Of a stretch of DNA of 64,000 bases, positions 59,301-64,000 are shown in pieces. The DNA is from Nymphon striatum (taxonomy: Eukaryota), in assembly GCA_016618385.1 (NCBI GenBank), contig JABFOP010000807.1, positions 152,216 through 216,215 on the forward strand, read 5' to 3'. A program made the translations under genes and the position numbers. The first letter of the stretch is position 1. Every line of letters starts with the position of its first letter. Under the pieces are notes generated by a model, which saw nothing but the letters and a program-made list of their open reading frames with translations, did no database searches and was not told where the DNA came from.

Positions 59301-62300
59301 TCATTTTCAATATTCAAAAGAGTTAAATAGTGTAGCCGCTCTTGCCCTACCGGGCCATCCTTTAAAAAATGTTTGTTTAGGGTAACATGACCAGTTTGAA
59401 AAATGTGGGTCGGTCGGTTTTTTTTTTTTTTTTTTTTTTATTTCCTCCTCTAATCAGATAATGGCCTATGAAACGCACAACAAAGACTAACATAAATTTT
59501 TTTTGCTACAGTTGGAAATAAAATTATTTCACTCAAAAAAGCTGGAAAAAAAAATATGAGTCTGGCCATTTTTTACGGTCGGTCGGGTTACCCTAAACAA
59601 ACAACTTTTTATTATTGGCCTATGTGTTATTTTTTAATTATCGATAGTTTTTAATCAACTTCAATTTTGTATCAGTTTTCCTCCAACTGACCATAATGAA
59701 GGGCCCTATCTGCTATGTCATATGAGACGATTTAAAATAAAAAAAATTTTGCTCACCACGCCTTTGTGAAGACGGGGCCCATAGCAGCTGCTACATCTGC
59801 GACTACGTTAGTCTGGCCCTGTCAGTAAGGCACACAGGACACAAACTCTGACAAATCTTCCCCTTCCAGAGCAGCTCAAATTGTCTTTAATGAATCTCTT
59901 CAAAAATAGTAATGTGATAATTGTGCACAAGTCTCAGGTAACACCTGTTATTATTATTAAGTATAAGTTGGACATATAACCTAACCGTTTCAAGTCTGAA
60001 TAAGGAAAATGCGCATATTGCATGCATGCAGGAGCATATTTTTATTATAACATCTTATTTATTTACATTAAATTTTTACTCAAGCTCCAATGTTTATTAT
60101 GTTTATTTATAGCATTTCTTGTGCAAAATGGGATATGAATTTTTTTTTTTTTTTTCGCTTTCTCCTCTATTTGTGTCTCTTCCATCATGACATGGCTTAA
60201 GCAGGGTTTCCACTGGACCTTATATTTTGTTGGCCACAATTATCCCAAATATTTGTTACACGTTTGGGAGGGGGTATCCTCCTCTCGACCTCAAATTTTT
60301 TTTGATTAGCTGTATTGATATACACTATTTTAAGCATATCTAGCACTTTTATGGTGTCGAAATGTGGCCGGTACCGGCAAATCATTTTTCCGCCATTTTT
60401 TTTTTTTTTTATTTTTTTGCCATTGGCGAATGACAGCGGAAACCCTGCTTAAGTATTACCATAAATATAAAAGCCATGTATTTATTTTATCATTTTGGGT
60501 TATTCACTTCTGGAAAAAGTATTCTTCTTTTAATTTATAGACATATTACCTTCATACTACTGTCTAATAGTAATATGCTAATAAATTTCAGGTGGAAGAA
60601 ATCAGAAATAACATAGAAAAAATCCAAGCAAATGTGGAAGAAGTCAAAAAGAAACATAGTGCCATCTTGTCTGCTCCACAGTCTGATGAAAGTAGGTGTT
60701 TGTTATGACTATAATATGATGTTATATACATTTTTTTTTTTTTTTTTTTGTGTGTTTAATTGAATCCATTGATATGTCGAGCTAGATTTAATCAATGCTT
60801 TATGAAAATCAAATAGAAAATAGACCTTGCATGCATTAAATTTTTGAATAGCCACTTCTTTTTTCCTGCAATTCCTTTGCCTGTGCAGACAAAAATAGTC
60901 AAGATGCCCAAAGCAGACATTTGGTATCATGATGGATATTTTATTTTTATCTCGTATAATTTATGTAAAATATCTTCTTCTTTCAATGTTTTGGCCGATA
61001 AATTATTTAGGTATGGGCAGCTATGAGAAAGGTTGTTTTTATATGGAGAATGTAATTCCTCTGGATATTAAACAAAGCTATTTATTTAATTGATTTATTT
61101 AATTTAAAAGAACCACAAAGTGGAATAAAAATACACACATCGTACATTTATAAATAAGTAGCAAGATAATATGACTAAAAATGTGTTAATGTTAGTAAAA
61201 AAAATGTTAGTAAAATTCAAAATTCAATTATTTTTTAGATAAATATTATTATAAAGTTTAATTGCCTGTGGAATAAAAGAGTGTTTATGTCTGTTGGTTT
61301 TAAAGGTGGTAAGAGTAATCTACTAATACCTCGACGGGAACGTTGTTGCTCCAGGCACTTATTAAGAGGATGATTTTTATCCTCCAGTATAATTGCTAGT
61401 TTAGATTTTATTCCTGAGCCGTATATGGTATTCATACATACTTCGGGTGAACCTATTAGACGGCTGGCCCTTTTTGGTCACTCGGAGCAATTTGTATTTA
61501 ATTTTTTCACTGATGTTCCCATACCAGCTGACCAGGCAGTATCGCCAGACTGAGCACAGACTGAATTAAAAAATATCTTTAGAATTTGTTGCCGGACATC
61601 AAACTTTTTTCATTTTGTAGAGACAGTAGAGCAGTAGTTGTATCAAGGCTATTCTAGAAGTTCACTGGTCCAAGATCATCAAAGCATGAATTTTTCTGTC
61701 CTAGGAACTCAGTTCTAAATTCATTCTAAAATTGAGTCTGAAAAATGTAAATATTGTCATTTATTGTGAACCCATAATTTACAAATTTTTGCAAGGATAA
61801 AATTCTATAATTGGAAGTAATGAAACATCCTCTGGAGAATCCAACTATTCCACTGATTTGATAATTACATGTAATAAAACTCTATCGTATGTGCAATTTA
61901 CTATTAGTGCCGTGAGATAATCAGGGGTGAAAGTTAGTCTGTCAGATGACGGAATTCCGTAACAGAAAATATTTTCTGGGTCGTTCCTGAGTTTAGCGCA
62001 AATTTGTTGAAAAAAAAATTGTATTTATGAAATAAAGGGCAAGAGTGTTAAAAAAATTTCCCAGTCCCCTCCCCGCGCTTCAGCAGCTGTACAGCTTCAA
62101 ATTTCAGTACCAGAAAAATTAACAACTTTCACCCATGGATAATTGAAAGCTATGCAAAATTAGAATTTTCCTGAAGAAATTATTAAAATTTACTGATATT
62201 GTGATGTACTCCTATAAATGGCTGCAACCCTAGGTCTAGACACTTAAGAACCCAAAATATATGGTATTGCCCTTGAAGTCTACTTTATTTTATCATGGAA

Positions 62301-64000
62301 CAATGTATCTTATTATTACTCTTATTTTCATTTACAGAGGTCAAGCAAGAATTGGAAGATCATATGGCAGATATTAAAAAAACTGCAAACAAAGTACGGG
62401 CAAAATTAAAATGTAAGTTTGTTGTGCCTAATTGAAGAGAAAAAAGAAGAACCTTATATTAAAAACTAATTCATCAAAAATAGTTTAATGATTTCAACTT
62501 TAAATTTGTAATATTTTGATGTTTATTTCCCATAGTAATAGAACAGAATATAGAGCAAGAAGAGCATTCTAGTAAGCAATCATCTGCTGATTTAAGGATA
62601 CGTAAAACTCAAGTATGTATCGTATGTGCAAGCATGTTATTTTGTTTTTAATGTTTATGCGAGAGGAACGGAACCCATACATGATGCAGGGAGGGAAGTT
62701 ATATGCTTAATTTAACCGAATAAAATATTGTTGAGGAATTGGATAAAAGTGTTTCCCCTTTCAAAGCTGTAAAGAAAATTTCAGAAGGGAAATGGAGTTA
62801 TTTATTTACTTTGAATGCATTCTAATATTCTTTTATTCTTTGGGTATAAATTCGTCTGTTTAAAATTTTCAGTTTAAATAATGTACCGTGAAAATACTTC
62901 GATTCAGCACTCCTTCAGCTTGAAATCTGTGTCATCAGACAAATGTAGTTTTGAATTGGTAGTCATGTATTTACAATTTTTGGAGCCCTAAACATTATGC
63001 ATGTGTAAAAGAACTTTGACAATATGCAGACCAAGTATTTACCAATTAATATGAAATACCTGTGAAACAATTTATAGTAATTTTGTTTGTAATTAGCAGT
63101 TACCGCTGTTATTTCTAAATGTTGGAAATGATAATTTTTTATGAATTGTAGGAGAACTACTTCCGGAATTCATTTATCTGTATGATATGATTTGTATTAT
63201 AATGTTCTCCCTCTTTTTTCTTTTTTTTTAATTTTTAAATATGTATCCTGTTGCATCTTAACAAATAACTGAAGCAGTTGCATGGTTGCTTCTTAGATCG
63301 CTATTGACGATGGTAGATGCTGACGTCAGACGCCCTGGCAGAGTGCCTCCCAGTGTAAAGAGTGTAAAGAGTGATCAACAAGTTATAGAGTTAAAGATCA
63401 GATGATTTTATTTACAAATTATACAAGGTTTATATAGTCTGGGAAAGAGGATTTGGGATTGAAATGAGATTTCTATCTCATTGGCTGATTGCTTCAAACC
63501 TCTTGGATTGGTTTACTTCAAACCACTTGAACATTTGACAGATGGTCGAGGTGTCACATCTTGAGGCAAACGGAAGTGGCGTTTCCGCTGGGTCGTTGTG
63601 ACATCGGACGAAAGTGAAAGTGAAACGTAGGTGTGGTGTATTTTATTGGTCGTTATGACATCTGACGAAAGTGCTGGTGGCGTCTAAAAGGAGGGAGAAG
63701 AAATAATATTAATGGCCTCGGGTCATTCACTTCTGTGTTTGTTGCAGTATGTTCTGCTACATAACTTTTGAATGGTATTTTTGACCGTAGTAAGGATGTA
63801 TTGGTATATTTATCGTTTCATTTTTAAATGTGCAACGTTGACACCATAGTGTGTAGTGTGAAATTTTGAGAAGAAAAATAATTTCAATAACTGTTTCTTT
63901 CCACTTTTGTAGCATTCAACACTGAGTAGAAAGTTTGTTGAAGTAATGACAGACTATAATAAAACTCAAACAGATTATAGAGAGAGGTGTAAAGGACGGA
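53376..64000 (+). CDS. STX1: Syntaxin-1 family t-SNARE (STX1/STX2 ortholog), 5' part only; the gene continues beyond the window. CDS exons are 53376..53408, 53543..53629, 60592..60691, 62338..62412, 62536..62612 and 63913..>64000.
   Basis: The translations are [11 protein letters not shown]; [29 protein letters not shown]; [33 protein letters not shown]; (K)[24 protein letters not shown]; (L)[25 protein letters not shown]; [29 protein letters not shown]. This is collinear with syntaxin-1A Habc/linker regions such as [30 protein letters not shown] and [22 protein letters not shown], and is very close to Aplysia syntaxin. GT-AG junctions and phases are consistent (0, 0, 1, 1, 0). A candidate 5'UTR exon ends near 53022 (donor GTGTGAGT) and an acceptor CATCAG lies just before the ATG exon. 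Confidence 0.85.
54290..56060. mobile_element. Large foldback element: long inverted arms (54290-54960 versus 55130-56060) around a ~170-bp unique core. The right arm carries a ~255-bp nested insertion (55483-55738).
   Basis: 54290-54620 is the reverse complement of 55740-56060 (~90%). 54640-54960 is the reverse complement of 55130-55450 (~88%). The right arm has an extra segment ctagaaggagggtacccgtccctgacggg...cacacacacacagtctatctttttagtatactag that is absent from the left arm. The whole element sits in STX intron 2. Confidence 0.8.
58062..58520 (-). mobile_element. LINE ORF2 C-terminal fragment, same family as 28119-28462, frameshifted.
   Basis: Minus-strand translations read [28 protein letters not shown] and ...[21 protein letters not shown]. 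The nucleotide sequence is ~85% identical to 28119-28330. It sits in STX intron 2. Confidence 0.7.
59370..59603. mobile_element. MITE family 'GTTTGTTTAGGGTAAC', copy B, inverted relative to copy A.
   Basis: tgtttgtttagggtaacatgaccagtttgaaaaatgtgggtcggtcgg...ggccattttttacggtcggtcgggttaccctaaacaaaca is the reverse complement of copy A. It sits in STX intron 2. Confidence 0.8.
60202..60447. mobile_element. MITE-like TIR element, family 'CAGGGTTTCC' (246 bp), flanked by CTTAAG on both sides.
   Basis: ggCTTAAG|cagggtttccactgg...cagcggaaaccctg|CTTAAGtatt. The internal sequence (ggccggtaccggcaaatcatttttccgccatttt...gccattggcgaatgacagcgg) matches the 18594 and 42920 copies. It sits in STX intron 2. 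Confidence 0.75.

Overview
This is a eukaryotic (metazoan) nuclear genomic window, AT-rich, with GT-AG introns and a very high load of small inverted-repeat transposons (MITEs), satellites and foldback elements. The syntaxin N-terminus closely resembles molluscan (Aplysia-type) syntaxin, so a lophotrochozoan or mollusc source is likely; this is an inference. I could reconstruct six protein-coding genes by reading splice sites and comparing translations with protein families I recognise. They are an SRSF1/SRSF9-type SR splicing factor (- strand, 15462-21637), dynein light chain LC8/DYNLL (+, 25755-26024), COQ5 ubiquinone C-methyltransferase (-, 27579-31842), an RPAIN-like RPA-interacting protein (+, 34428-38056, ends unresolved), Ran GTPase (-, 42378-48584), and a syntaxin-1 family gene (+, 53376 to past the window end). 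The first ~15 kb is gene-poor repeat space. It holds two adjacent satellites, a GTGATATCAC palindromic array, a decayed Tc1 transposon and large foldbacks. The most notable points are the gene order SRSF-DYNLL-COQ5 and RAN-STX, which mirrors human 12q24.31/12q24.33 and 17q22 as far as I recall, and an apparent head-to-head SRSF/DYNLL bidirectional promoter. I also found a MITE family with CAGGGTTTCC termini that shows 6-bp target-site duplications in three independent copies. No prokaryotic-style systems, CRISPR arrays or rRNA genes are present.
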